A stretch of 34,718 nucleotides of DNA from a virus. Taxonomy: Duplodnaviria > Caudoviricetes. The position numbers and the translations under genes are program-made. The stretch's first letter is position 1. Each line of letters starts with the position of its first letter. The stretch covers positions 1 to 34,718 of the IMG/VR virus record IMGVR_UViG_3300037327_000007; one strand, given 5' to 3'. Positions 17,410-26,141 of this stretch are shown here, piece by piece. Under the pieces are notes generated by a model, which did no database searches, had not been told where the DNA came from, and saw only the letters and a list, made by a program, of their open reading frames with translations.

Positions 17410-18471
17410 ATGGCTACGTTTCAAGAACAAGCACAGCAGCTTTACCAAAACAATTTGGGCCGGCAGGGCGACGCTGAAGGCGTTAATTACTTTGCTAATC
17501 AATTAGCTAGTGGCGCTAGCCCTGAGTCTGTCCAGAAATTATTTCAAGGCTCTGCTAAAAGTGTTTATCAAGACTATCTCAGCAACCCAAATAGTGCCAA
17601 CTCGAAAAACCCTGAAATATCGGCGCTATTAAATAGCGACTTGCAAAGTGGTATTGCTCCCCCAGGCACTCAAACAGGCTCAGCGCAATCAAATGCACAA
17701 CAGTCTTTAAATCCAAATATATACAAAAACTTGTATGGCGGCAACACTCCTGCTCCAATGCAGCCTGCTCCAATGCAAAATTTTGAAGAAGACACCAATG
17801 CACAGAATGCTAGGTTGTCTCAGTATCAAGGCAACCCATACTTAGACAATATTGCTAACGATGTGCAGCGCAGGTCAGGCCAAGCGCTTGATTTAGGCTT
17901 GCAGGGCATTCGCAGTAACGCGGTGGGCATTGGTGGTCTAGGCGGCTCACGTCAAGGTGTTGCGGAGGGTTTAGCAATTGGACAAGCTAACGACAACTTG
18001 TCCGGCAACTTGTCAAATTTATATGGCCAAGATTTCACCAATAGTCAAAACCGCAACTTACAAAAGTACGGCATTGATACGAATGCAGATCTTACAAGAC
18101 AAGGCCAGCAACAGAATTTCTATACTGCAAACCGTGGCTTAGATCAACAGGGTTTGCAAATTGGCGCTAACCTTTTTAATCAGGGAAATCAGGGTAGGAT
18201 TAATCAGGGTCAAGGCATTTACGGAATAGGTAACACCGAACAGCAAGCCCCGTTTAACGTTTTCAATAACGCTAACCAAACAATCAGCCCCTACGCTGGT
18301 GCAGGCTCTAGCAACACATCCAGCAGCTCACAAGGAGGCGGTTTAAGCGGCATAGCAGGCGGTGCTTTTGCAGGCGCACAGATAGGCCGCAACTTAGGCT
18401 TTGGCGGTGGCTCAGACCCTTACAATGTGGGTCAAGGCTCATCGTATAACGGCAATTATTCAAGGATGTAA
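17410..18471 (+). CDS. putative DNA ejection protein 2 with an N-terminal DUF4214-like helix bundle
   Basis: LYQNNLGRQGDAEGVNYF at the N-terminus; NPYL and GGSRQG motifs; Gln/Asn/Gly-rich. Confidence 0.65.
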   Translation: MATFQEQAQQLYQNNLGRQGDAEGVNYFANQLASGASPESVQKLFQGSAKSVYQDYLSNPNSANSKNPEISALLNSDLQSGIAPPGTQTGSAQSNAQQSLNPNIYKNLYGGNTPAPMQPAPMQNFEEDTNAQNARLSQYQGNPYLDNIANDVQRRSGQALDLGLQGIRSNAVGIGGLGGSRQGVAEGLAIGQANDNLSGNLSNLYGQDFTNSQNRNLQKYGIDTNADLTRQGQQQNFYTANRGLDQQGLQIGANLFNQGNQGRINQGQGIYGIGNTEQQAPFNVFNNANQTISPYAGAGSSNTSSSSQGGGLSGIAGGAFAGAQIGRNLGFGGGSDPYNVGQGSSYNGNYSRM

Positions 18472-18473
18472 TT

Positions 18474-20072
18474 ATGGCTGGTTTATTAGGTAATTCATTC
18501 GACGACCCGCAAAGCCAGATGATTCTTGGCCTAGCGCAGGGTTTGCTATCTGCCCAAGGTGGGCAAGGCTTGGCGGCTGGGCTTGGAAATATGCAAGCCG
18601 TTCAGCAAAATCAGATTAAAAACAAGCTTATAAATGCTCAGCTTGCAAATTATCAGAGCGAGATTGACGCTCGGAGTTTGGCGGCGCGAAAGTATCAAGA
18701 CTTGCAAGACATGACCGGTAAGTTTTTCGGCACAGGCCAAGCGGCTAACCCTGACTTGTTACCTGCTAGTGCATACAAAGTAAACACTGATGGCTATGGC
18801 CCTTCTGTGCCCCCTTCAATGGCTCCACAAGCGCGTCCTAATGGCCTTGCCGGTAAAACAATAGACGAAGTTGTACAGTTTGGAAATTTAATTGGTAAGG
18901 ATTTATTACCCGCGTTTAAGTTTGCTAAAGAAGGTATTGAGAGAAAACCCGGTATGTTCTACGAAGGTCTTGACGGTATGCAGAAATACCAAGTAGACCC
19001 GACCAAGGGTTTAAATTATAAAGACGGTGCTGTTAGCGCAATCCCGGGGTTCGCAGACGCTCAAGCGGGAATTGCAGGCGCTGCTACAGCGGCAACCGAA
19101 AGTGCTAAGGCAGCTTTTGAGTTAGTAAAAGTAATGGGCGTTGGCGCTGACGGCTCACCACAAGAAAAATTAGCTTCTAAATCTTCATTACTCTCTGCTG
19201 GTCAAGGACAAAACCCTACGGGACAATCTGCGCCAAATGTTCAGCCACCTCCAGCAAGCGGTTTGCAATTTAGAACTGAAGCAAATATGCGTGATGCAAT
19301 GCAAGGTGAAAATGCTTCTAGCCCTTCATATCTCAAACGCGAAATAGCATCAATATCAAAAAGCATATTAAACCCAACAGTTGATAGTGCTTCAAGAGAC
19401 ATGATGAAGAATTATCTAACAGATTTAAAAACTCAATTAGCAAATTCTGGAAGCCAGTCGGCGGCTTTTACTCCTACTGTAAATAATCCACAAAGTAACG
19501 ATTCATTTTCTGCACCTTCTGCTAACCAAGCGGCTACGGCTGAAGCAAGAACTGCGCAGATGACGACTCAGGCCAAAGCCCAAGGCGAAGCTAGAACTGC
19601 GATTATGAATGCAGGAACAGCAGCAGGCGGCAACATTGCTAAGTACAAACAAATAGGTTCTTTGTTATCTAATGTTGACGGCGGCACTTTGACTGCTACA
19701 GGTACAAACTTAGCTAGTGCCATGAACTCGCTAGGCTTTAAGATTGACAAAGACTTGCCCAATAAAGAAGCTGCGTCGGCTTTGGGAAACCAAGCGGCGC
19801 TTGAACTGCGCAACCCTGCAAACGGTGCAGGTATGCCTGGCTCTTTATCAGATTCTGATCGTAACTTCTTAGTTTCACTAATACCTAACGCTAGTCAATC
19901 TGCGCAAGGCCGTAAGCAGTTAATTGACTCTTACGTGGCAACTGAGCAACGTAAACAAGACGTATCCGGTTTTGCTCGTGCATATGAGAAAAAGTACGGA
20001 ATATTAGATAATGGTTTCTATGAGCAGTTGCAAAACTACTCTAATGCAAACCCACTATTTAAAGGTAAATAA
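18474..20072 (+). CDS. putative DNA ejection/internal virion protein 3
   Basis: MAGLLG start; C-terminal G.GMPGSLSDSDR.FL motif; Ala/Gln-rich. Confidence 0.65.
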   Translation: MAGLLGNSFDDPQSQMILGLAQGLLSAQGGQGLAAGLGNMQAVQQNQIKNKLINAQLANYQSEIDARSLAARKYQDLQDMTGKFFGTGQAANPDLLPASAYKVNTDGYGPSVPPSMAPQARPNGLAGKTIDEVVQFGNLIGKDLLPAFKFAKEGIERKPGMFYEGLDGMQKYQVDPTKGLNYKDGAVSAIPGFADAQAGIAGAATAATESAKAAFELVKVMGVGADGSPQEKLASKSSLLSAGQGQNPTGQSAPNVQPPPASGLQFRTEANMRDAMQGENASSPSYLKREIASISKSILNPTVDSASRDMMKNYLTDLKTQLANSGSQSAAFTPTVNNPQSNDSFSAPSANQAATAEARTAQMTTQAKAQGEARTAIMNAGTAAGGNIAKYKQIGSLLSNVDGGTLTATGTNLASAMNSLGFKIDKDLPNKEAASALGNQAALELRNPANGAGMPGSLSDSDRNFLVSLIPNASQSAQGRKQLIDSYVATEQRKQDVSGFARAYEKKYGILDNGFYEQLQNYSNANPLFKGK

Positions 20073-21778
20073 TGGCTGGAAATTACGACCCTGATATTTT
20101 CGGCGCTCCTGCTAGCGCTTCAACGTCTGCGCCTGTTAACGCTGGCTTTGACGCTGACGTTTTTAAAACGGTAAACCGTGAGTCCACCGCAAGTGCCGTT
20201 CCAACAGCGGCGCGCACTGCAATACCTATGCTTTCGCGTACAGAAAAGTTTGCTCAAGGTATTAAAGACCCAATATCAGGCGGTGCGCAGCTACTTACCA
20301 ACTTGCTACCGTCAGGGATTGTCAATGCGGGTAATCGCTTTAACAACTTCTTGGCCGATACCACGGGGTTAGTCGGAAGACTACCTGAAGGAGGTGTTGA
20401 CCAGCAGGTTAGAGAACAAGAAGCCGCGTACCAAGCTGCTAGAGGCCCTGATGCTGGTTTCGATGCATACCGAGTTGCGGGTAACATTTTAAACCCGGCC
20501 AATATTGCGCTTGCGTCAAAGTTACCAGCAGCCGCTTCTATGGCAGGTCGCATGGCGGTAGGATTAGGCGGCGGTGCTGCAACTAGCGCATTTAACCCTG
20601 TTACTGAAGGCGATTTTGCGGAGAATAAAGCAAAGCAAATAGGTATAGGCGCTGTAGCTGGCGGCTTGATACCCGGTCTTACTAGCGGTATAGCTAGAGT
20701 TATTAGCCCTAATGCATCTGTAAACCCTAACTTGCAACTACTAAAAAGTGAAGGAGTTAATCCTACTTTTGGTCAATCTCTTGGCGGCTGGGTTAACGCA
20801 GTAGAAGAAAAACTTTCTAGTCTGCCTATTGTTGGTGACATGATCTCTAGCGCTCGGGGTGATGCGCTTACTCAATTTAACAACGCAGCAATAAACAGAG
20901 CGGCTGGAAAAGTTGGAACTAAGGTTGAAGGCGTAGGACAAGGTGGTGTTGCTGCTGCTGGTAAAGCCATTAGCGATACTTACGATGACGCAATTTCACA
21001 GGTTAAGTATTTAAAATTTGACCAACAGTTTGCAAATGATTTAGGTCAGTTACGGGCAGGAGCACAAAACCTAGTTGGCCCAATGCGGAACAAATTTAAT
21101 ACTACTCTTGACGAAATTGTTGGCAGCAGGATGTCCGGTACTGGGTCTATGCTGGGTACAACATATAAAAAAGTTGATAGTGAAATTGGGCTTTTGGCAA
21201 GTAAATTTGGTAAGTCTTCTGCGGCTAGTGAGGGAGAATTAGGTGATGCTTTTTTACAACTGCAAAACATATTAAAACAGCAAGCCGCAAGAAACAACCC
21301 CGATTTTGCAACTTCTTTAAAAGCTGCTGACACTGGTTATGCAAACCTAGTAAGAGTAGAAGGAGCAGCTAAAGCGGCACAAAACAATAATGGTGTGTTT
21401 ACTCCAGCGCAGTTAAATAGCGCTATTCGCCAAGCCGATCAAAGCGTTAGGGGCCGAGCAGTGGCAAGGGGTACGGCACTAATGCAAGACTTAGGCAATG
21501 CCGGTCAGCAAGTGCTAGGAAACAAGGTTCCCAACAGCGGGACAGCAGACCGATTAATGCTTGGCGGTATGGGCTTAGGGACTGGGATAATTAACCCAAT
21601 GATTCCGGCAGGATTACTAGGAGGCGCAGCACTTTACACATCCCCCGCGCAATCGCTACTTAGGGGTCTTGTTAGCTCTAGACCAGATTATGCCCAGCCT
21701 ATGTCCGAGGCGTTCCGGCAAGTCGCGCCCGGTCTTATTCCTGGCGGCGCTCAAGTAGGACTTGGACTTTTGAATTAG
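20072..21778 (+). CDS. putative DNA ejection/internal virion protein 4
   Basis: Ala/Gly-rich, T.GQ and P.SGTA.R motifs, hydrophobic C-terminus; last gene of the virion block. Confidence 0.65.
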   Translation: MAGNYDPDIFGAPASASTSAPVNAGFDADVFKTVNRESTASAVPTAARTAIPMLSRTEKFAQGIKDPISGGAQLLTNLLPSGIVNAGNRFNNFLADTTGLVGRLPEGGVDQQVREQEAAYQAARGPDAGFDAYRVAGNILNPANIALASKLPAAASMAGRMAVGLGGGAATSAFNPVTEGDFAENKAKQIGIGAVAGGLIPGLTSGIARVISPNASVNPNLQLLKSEGVNPTFGQSLGGWVNAVEEKLSSLPIVGDMISSARGDALTQFNNAAINRAAGKVGTKVEGVGQGGVAAAGKAISDTYDDAISQVKYLKFDQQFANDLGQLRAGAQNLVGPMRNKFNTTLDEIVGSRMSGTGSMLGTTYKKVDSEIGLLASKFGKSSAASEGELGDAFLQLQNILKQQAARNNPDFATSLKAADTGYANLVRVEGAAKAAQNNNGVFTPAQLNSAIRQADQSVRGRAVARGTALMQDLGNAGQQVLGNKVPNSGTADRLMLGGMGLGTGIINPMIPAGLLGGAALYTSPAQSLLRGLVSSRPDYAQPMSEAFRQVAPGLIPGGAQVGLGLLN

Positions 21779-21841
21779 ATAAACGTAAATTGGTATTGAT
21801 GCGGCGGTTAACGCGCCGCGTAGTATTTGGTCTTCAGTCAT
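21656..21841 (-). CDS. candidate small antisense membrane-anchored protein (61 aa, MTEDQILRGALTAASIPIYVYLIQK...)
   Basis: ATG at 21841 lies in the intergenic gap with CATAAT 6 nt upstream; N-terminal hydrophobic segment; overlaps the 3' end of the ejection gene. Confidence 0.4.
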   Translation of the reverse strand: MTEDQILRGALTAASIPIYVYLIQKSKSYLSAARNKTGRDLPERLGHRLGIIWSRANKTPK

Positions 21842-21885
21842 AACACCATTATGTAGTAAAACATAAAACAGAGCACAATTTAAAA

Positions 21886-22092
21886 ATGCAAGAAGATTAT
21901 CAAAGCAATCGCCGCGGCCCTGACGTTTACGAGATGGACAAGCGCCTAGCATTAGTTGAGCAATCACAAAAGGAAATTAAAAATGAACTTTGTGGTATTA
22001 ACGCAAACACCAGCAAGCTTGTTTGGATAGTTATTAGTGCTGTAATAGTTGGTCTTCTTAATATGTATGTAAAGTTTGGGGCATCTTTATGA
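21886..22092 (+). CDS. XhlA-like / holin-like membrane protein
   Basis: short coiled coil (RLALVEQ) plus one C-terminal transmembrane helix; coupled to the lysozyme gene. Confidence 0.65.
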   Translation: MQEDYQSNRRGPDVYEMDKRLALVEQSQKEIKNELCGINANTSKLVWIVISAVIVGLLNMYVKFGASL

Positions 22093-22556
22093 ACTTTGAC
22101 CAAGCTTTTGACAAACTAATTTCCCACGAAGGCGGCTATGTGGATAATCCAAATGACCCGGGAATGGAAACTAAATTCGGAATTTCGAAGCGCAGTTATC
22201 CTGACATCGACATCAAAGCACTCACTTTGGACGCAGCCAAGGGTATTTACAAGCGCGACTACTGGGACAGAGCGCAGTGTGATAGCCTGCCACCCGCTGT
22301 GTCATTCCAAGTCTTTGACTCTGCTGTAAATAGCGGCATAGGGCAGGCGATACGTTTCTTGCAACGCGCTGTCGGTGTAGTTGATGATGGCTCAGTTGGG
22401 CCTCTGACGCTAGCTGCAATCCAGCGCCGGGACAGCTCAGAAGTTGTCGCGCATTTTAATGCTGAGCGCTTGGAATTTATGACTCGCCTTAGCACTTGGG
22501 AAACGTTCGGCAAGGGCTGGGCTCGACGCATTGCTGATAACCTTAGGGAGGCTTGA
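22089..22556 (+). CDS. endolysin, glycoside hydrolase family 108 with C-terminal peptidoglycan-binding domain
   Basis: HEGGYVDNPNDPG.ETKFGI, IY...YW, FD.AVN.G, DG.VGP.TL and FGKGW..R motifs. Confidence 0.93.
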   Translation: MNFDQAFDKLISHEGGYVDNPNDPGMETKFGISKRSYPDIDIKALTLDAAKGIYKRDYWDRAQCDSLPPAVSFQVFDSAVNSGIGQAIRFLQRAVGVVDDGSVGPLTLAAIQRRDSSEVVAHFNAERLEFMTRLSTWETFGKGWARRIADNLREA

Positions 22557-22557
22557 C

Positions 22558-23085
22558 ATGGACTTCACCGCAATCCTAAAGACAGTAGCCCCTTGGATAG
22601 GTGGGGCATTGGGTGGCCCATTAGGTGCAATGGCTGTGAATGCAATTGCTGACAGTTTTGGCTTAAATGACAAAACTACAGACGCAATAAGGCAAGCGAT
22701 TAGCGGAGCCACACCTGAGCAGATGTTAGCACTAAAAACAGCAGACCAGAATTTTGCACTACAAATGCAGGCTTTGGGGTTTAAGCAAGTTGCGGACTTG
22801 GAATCGCTTGCAGCGGGTGACAGAAAAGACGCTAGGGCTATGCAGACAGCCAACAAAAGCTGGGTACCTGCTGCACTGTCAGTAATCATAACAATGGGCT
22901 TCTTGGGGCTTCTAACGGGTATGATGACCGGCAACTTACACGCTAACGACAACCAAGCCATGCTGATAATGCTTGGCGCGCTAGGTGTTGCTTTTGGTCA
23001 AGTTATGAATTTCTGGCTGGGCTCTACTATAGGAAGCTCACGCAAGACTGAAATTATCGCCCAAGCGCCCGGTATCAAGAACTAA
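22558..23085 (+). CDS. holin-like membrane protein
   Basis: GGGAGG RBS; APWIGGALGGPLG, D..DAR.MQ, two C-terminal transmembrane helices and FWLGS..GS..K. Confidence 0.7.
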   Translation: MDFTAILKTVAPWIGGALGGPLGAMAVNAIADSFGLNDKTTDAIRQAISGATPEQMLALKTADQNFALQMQALGFKQVADLESLAAGDRKDARAMQTANKSWVPAALSVIITMGFLGLLTGMMTGNLHANDNQAMLIMLGALGVAFGQVMNFWLGSTIGSSRKTEIIAQAPGIKN

Positions 23086-23274
23086 TTTCCGCCTTGGTAA
23101 TGGCGTCCAATGGGTGTAAAAATCATCCTTTGGCTGGAGTACACCATGGCAAGCTATGCCTCCACGGCTAAGCAATTGAAGCTTAACAAAGCGCGGCGTG
23201 TCTTTGTTAACTTCTTGCCAATAGTATTCTTTGTCTACAGCCACCTCGCTGGCGCTTATTGTGTGATTTGTCAT
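23038..23274 (-). CDS. hypothetical protein (DUF551-like W..LP ending)
   Basis: YYWQ....TP...KLQLL..GG.A..G......YTHW.PLP; ATGA-coupled. Confidence 0.65.
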   Translation of the reverse strand: MTNHTISASEVAVDKEYYWQEVNKDTPRFVKLQLLSRGGIACHGVLQPKDDFYTHWTPLPRRKLVLDTGRLGDNFSLA

Positions 23275-23465
23275 TTCTCTAACTCCTGCATTGCTCGTTT
23301 TAAATAAATAGCTAAATCTAAAGCCTCCTCATACCCGTGCTGTAACCACTGGATATGGCTTAGTTTGTTTCCAGCTACTGTAGTCCTGTACTTTGTAACA
23401 CCTAATAATTGTCTCTCTAATATGTCAGCGCAAACTAGTGTTTCTGTATCTTCTATTGATTTCAT
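23271..23465 (-). CDS. small all-alpha phage protein (MazG/NTP-pyrophosphatase-like pattern)
   Basis: R...G..KY.TT......WL.H..EEALD.AIYL motif. Confidence 0.7.
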   Translation of the reverse strand: MKSIEDTETLVCADILERQLLGVTKYRTTVAGNKLSHIQWLQHGYEEALDLAIYLKRAMQELEK

Positions 23466-23467
23466 AC

Positions 23468-23950
23468 TTAACCCCTTGGTGGAATCATCTCAATTGTTTT
23501 AAAATCTAAAAACGTATTTCTAAAATCGTATCGGTTTGGCATTGCTATCAATGAAATGTCTTTATCCAAGACAATTTTTGTTTTTGTTCTTATGTAATGT
23601 TTTCGATTTATTTCAAAATTAATTTTCTTTTCATGATTAATTTCAGCTAGTAGTTTCGACCTAGCTGTTTGAAAAACCGATGGTCTTTTTGCTTGCTTGC
23701 TTTCATACTCAACAATAGCTTCAATACCTTTTTGCGTAATTTCACAAAAAAGCACTTTTGTCCTGCCAGACTTGAAAGACCTTTCACCTATCGCCCTGGT
23801 AATAAGTTCTTCTCTACTCATCCGTTTGGATCTTTTGTTAACGTTGTTCAAAGGTATATTCAAAGCCTCTGCTAACTCGTCATTAGTCATGGGTTCGCCA
23901 TACTCTTTTATAGCTTTTAACGCTGCTATCGTTTCAATTCTTATATTCAT
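23468..23950 (-). CDS. winged-helix DNA-binding protein
   Basis: MT.DELAEALNIP...V.KR..RM....LI.R and ITQKG wing. Confidence 0.65.
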   Translation of the reverse strand: MNIRIETIAALKAIKEYGEPMTNDELAEALNIPLNNVNKRSKRMSREELITRAIGERSFKSGRTKVLFCEITQKGIEAIVEYESKQAKRPSVFQTARSKLLAEINHEKKINFEINRKHYIRTKTKIVLDKDISLIAMPNRYDFRNTFLDFKTIEMIPPRG

Positions 23951-24048
23951 ATCAACCTCACAATAATTAATGCAACAACCAAACAGGCAATGACTGCAAT
24001 CAATACTCCGGTCACGTCTTTTATAAAGTCAATGAGTGGGTCTTTCAT
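23947..24048 (-). CDS. small single-TM peptide (33 aa, MKDPLIDFIKDVTGVLIAVIACLVVALIIVRLI); not in the ORF track
   Basis: GGAGA RBS; ATGA overlap with the next gene. Confidence 0.55.
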   Translation of the reverse strand: MKDPLIDFIKDVTGVLIAVIACLVVALIIVRLI

Positions 24049-24144
24049 TTAACAATCTCCAAGATAAAAAACAACGATAAGAAAAATACTAAAAAAAAAG
24101 TTAACAAAAATAAAACTGCGGGTTTATAGTTTTTGTTGCAAGTT

Positions 24145-24363
24145 TTAATTGGTTTGTTCATAGTTTTTCACTTCCATGTACATTTTTGCCGCTATGTCAT
24201 CTAAGTCAATAGAGCCGTACTCTATGTAAGACGACTCTGCAATGCAAGCGTGCAGTGTCTCTAAAATTAAAGAACACTGAAGACCAGTTAGAGTTAAGCC
24301 TTTAAGCTTTTCAACAATCAGCGATACATAAATATCACCGGCTGGGATTCTTTTGTCTCTCAT
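24145..24363 (-). CDS. hypothetical protein (72 aa)
   Basis: ORF in the early small-gene cluster. Confidence 0.55.
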   Translation of the reverse strand: MRDKRIPAGDIYVSLIVEKLKGLTLTGLQCSLILETLHACIAESSYIEYGSIDLDDIAAKMYMEVKNYEQTN

Positions 24364-24364
24364 A

Positions 24365-24445
24365 TCATATATTTACAAAAAGTGTATAGGCCAAGGCAGT
24401 TCCAACAGCTATAGCTAGTGTGATGTCAATTATTTTTTCTATCAT
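24365..24445 (-). CDS. small single-TM peptide (26 aa, MIEKIIDITLAIAVGTALAYTLFVNI); not in the ORF track
   Basis: TAATG-coupled to the upstream ORF; abuts the downstream ORF. Confidence 0.5.
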   Translation of the reverse strand: MIEKIIDITLAIAVGTALAYTLFVNI

Positions 24446-24603
24446 TATTTACTTTCTTTAAGAAAATTTTGCAAATTTCTTGCATATGCTTTGAAAAATT
24501 TAACATTTTTTAAGTCTGAATATTTCAAAGCAGACTTAATATTGTTCTTTGCTTGTGCAATTTCATGCACAAGTTGTGTTTTTGCAAATGTTCCTAATTC
24601 CAT
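24445..24603 (-). CDS. hypothetical basic protein (52 aa, MELGTFAKTQLVHEIAQAK...); not in the ORF track
   Basis: TAAGGA RBS upstream of ATG 24603. Confidence 0.55.
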   Translation of the reverse strand: MELGTFAKTQLVHEIAQAKNNIKSALKYSDLKNVKFFKAYARNLQNFLKESK

Positions 24604-24612
24604 TTCGCGTCC

Positions 24613-24768
24613 TTAGATTTGAGCATTAGATGGTGCCCAGCAGTAGCCGTGATGCTTGTAACCGTCCCAGTCTTGGCTGACTGGAAAGGTGCTTGTTATG
24701 CGGCCAAAATCGGCCTTATCTGTCGAATAAGTTGCGCCCATCAGTTGGGTTGTTGTGTTTGTTGTCAT
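24613..24768 (-). CDS. hypothetical protein (51 aa, MTTNTTTQLMGATYSTDKADF...); not in the ORF track
   Basis: first ORF after a candidate promoter; CGGAAG upstream. Confidence 0.5.
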   Translation of the reverse strand: MTTNTTTQLMGATYSTDKADFGRITSTFPVSQDWDGYKHHGYCWAPSNAQI

Positions 24769-24784
24769 TTCGTTTCTTCCGTTT

Positions 24785-24830
24785 GGTTGTTGATGTATTA
24801 ACTATAGCACTATTTCACACAATCAAGTTA
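24785..24830 (-). promoter_or_regulatory. candidate sigma70 extended -10 early promoter
   Basis: TGCTATAGT on the minus strand at 24809-24801 in an AT-rich gap; similar context to the site near 32260. Confidence 0.45.
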
Positions 24831-24843
24831 AATAAATACAACT

Positions 24844-25335
24844 TTACAAAATAACATCTGTAATTTTTCTTTTACCCGACAAAATCGCATGAATTCTACG
24901 CTCGGTAAGTCTGTGGCAGCGGTACATTACACGAGCGGGTAAAGCATTTAGAAGGTCAGAATATGAAGCCAGCACCTCACGCACCGCCTCCATGCCAGGG
25001 CCGTCTAAGCGTATCTGTTTGCCCTCTTGTTTTTTACGTTGTCCAGCTTCGCCCAAAGCCCTGACAGCCTCTTTTAAAGTTCCGTTTTGGTCTTCACAAA
25101 TAGCCATTTCGATAACCATCGTCTCAAGCATATTCACCGCATCTGACACAACAGACCAGTCGTCTGGTGTAGGGTTATCTCCATGCGCCATTGCCTCTAG
25201 GCCGCCATACATGCGCGTTAACTGGTGACGCCTATACTCGGCTGGCATTGGCTCTGTCGGGCTTGCCATCATCTCATCAAGAAGCGTGTATGTCCTGCGG
25301 TTTTTATGCTGTGATTTCTTGCGAACTGTTTTCAT
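24844..25335 (-). CDS. hypothetical phage protein (163 aa)
   Basis: start abuts the methyltransferase stop; helical-looking, DW..VSDAVN..E motif. Confidence 0.75.
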   Translation of the reverse strand: MKTVRKKSQHKNRRTYTLLDEMMASPTEPMPAEYRRHQLTRMYGGLEAMAHGDNPTPDDWSVVSDAVNMLETMVIEMAICEDQNGTLKEAVRALGEAGQRKKQEGKQIRLDGPGMEAVREVLASYSDLLNALPARVMYRCHRLTERRIHAILSGKRKITDVIL

Positions 25336-26141
25336 TTATTTACCTCCAAGGAGTTTCCACGCTGTTGCCGCTTGTAATGGGCACTGAGCGTTACCCAATC
25401 CCTTAAGACGGTGAACCCTATTGGGAACCCCATTAGCCACTCGACCCACGTCGGATTCAACATCCCAGAAGTTGGGTGAACAACCATGCTCAAGTTCAAT
25501 TGTTTCCCAATTTCTTTTCTGCGTTGAATGCTCGGGTTCGACATGTTTCCTCTGTCTCTGTGATCGCTCGCATTCGGTGTCGGCCACAAGTGCATGTTCG
25601 TTGCTTGATCTCTTAAATTCGCTGCGTCCAACGTGTTTGGCGTTGCAAAGCGCGAACCACCTATCTCGGTGATGCGGCGCTCCGACATCGGATGCGCGAA
25701 TGCAGAGCCACCTGCAGTCATACCCCAGCTTGGCCAAGTCCCCGAGTACGATTCCCAATCCGTTACTAAGGATTGCTGATACGTTTTCCAAGAACAACTG
25801 CTTTGGTCGTACCACGCCAGCGATGCGCAGGACTTCTCGGTAAAGACCTGATCTGGTTCCTTCATGTACACCTGATTGCTTTCCAGCGACGCTAATGTCC
25901 TGACAAGGAAATCCTGCATGGATGATGTCCACGACTCCGGCGTATTCGGATGGATCAAACAAGGTGACGTCCCCTTCATGCACTCGCAGTCCGGGAAACC
26001 ACCCATCATAGGCTCGCTCTCTAAGGACTTGGCAGGCATATCTATCCCACTCAACAGCGACAACTGGTCTGTGGCCGAGAATAAGGTCTGCAAGGAGTCC
26101 ACCTCCGTGACCTGCAAAAAGGTGCATTGTCCTGATTTCAT
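25332..26141 (-). CDS. overlapping alternative-frame polypeptide, putative methyltransferase beta subunit carrying motif IX and target-recognition elements
   Basis: 269 open codons overlapping the methyltransferase gene; FATP and WPTP..SD repeats and LNPTWVEWLMGFP.GFT (motif IX-like); true start may be internal. Confidence 0.65.
   Translation of the reverse strand: MKSGQCTFLQVTEVDSLQTLFSATDQLSLLSGIDMPAKSLESEPMMGGFPDCECMKGTSPCLIHPNTPESWTSSMQDFLVRTLASLESNQVYMKEPDQVFTEKSCASLAWYDQSSCSWKTYQQSLVTDWESYSGTWPSWGMTAGGSAFAHPMSERRITEIGGSRFATPNTLDAANLRDQATNMHLWPTPNASDHRDRGNMSNPSIQRRKEIGKQLNLSMVVHPTSGMLNPTWVEWLMGFPIGFTVLRDWVTLSAHYKRQQRGNSLEVNK

Noticed and set aside
17749-17778. 15-bp tandem repeat (PAPMQ x2) in an ejection gene
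   Set aside because: A small in-frame duplication in a low-complexity linker, with no further signal.
23973-24792. 12-bp inverted pair caacaaccaaac / gtttggttgttg about 800 bp apart
   Set aside because: Low complexity, one copy lies inside a hydrophobic coding run, and there is no recombinase nearby; probably chance.
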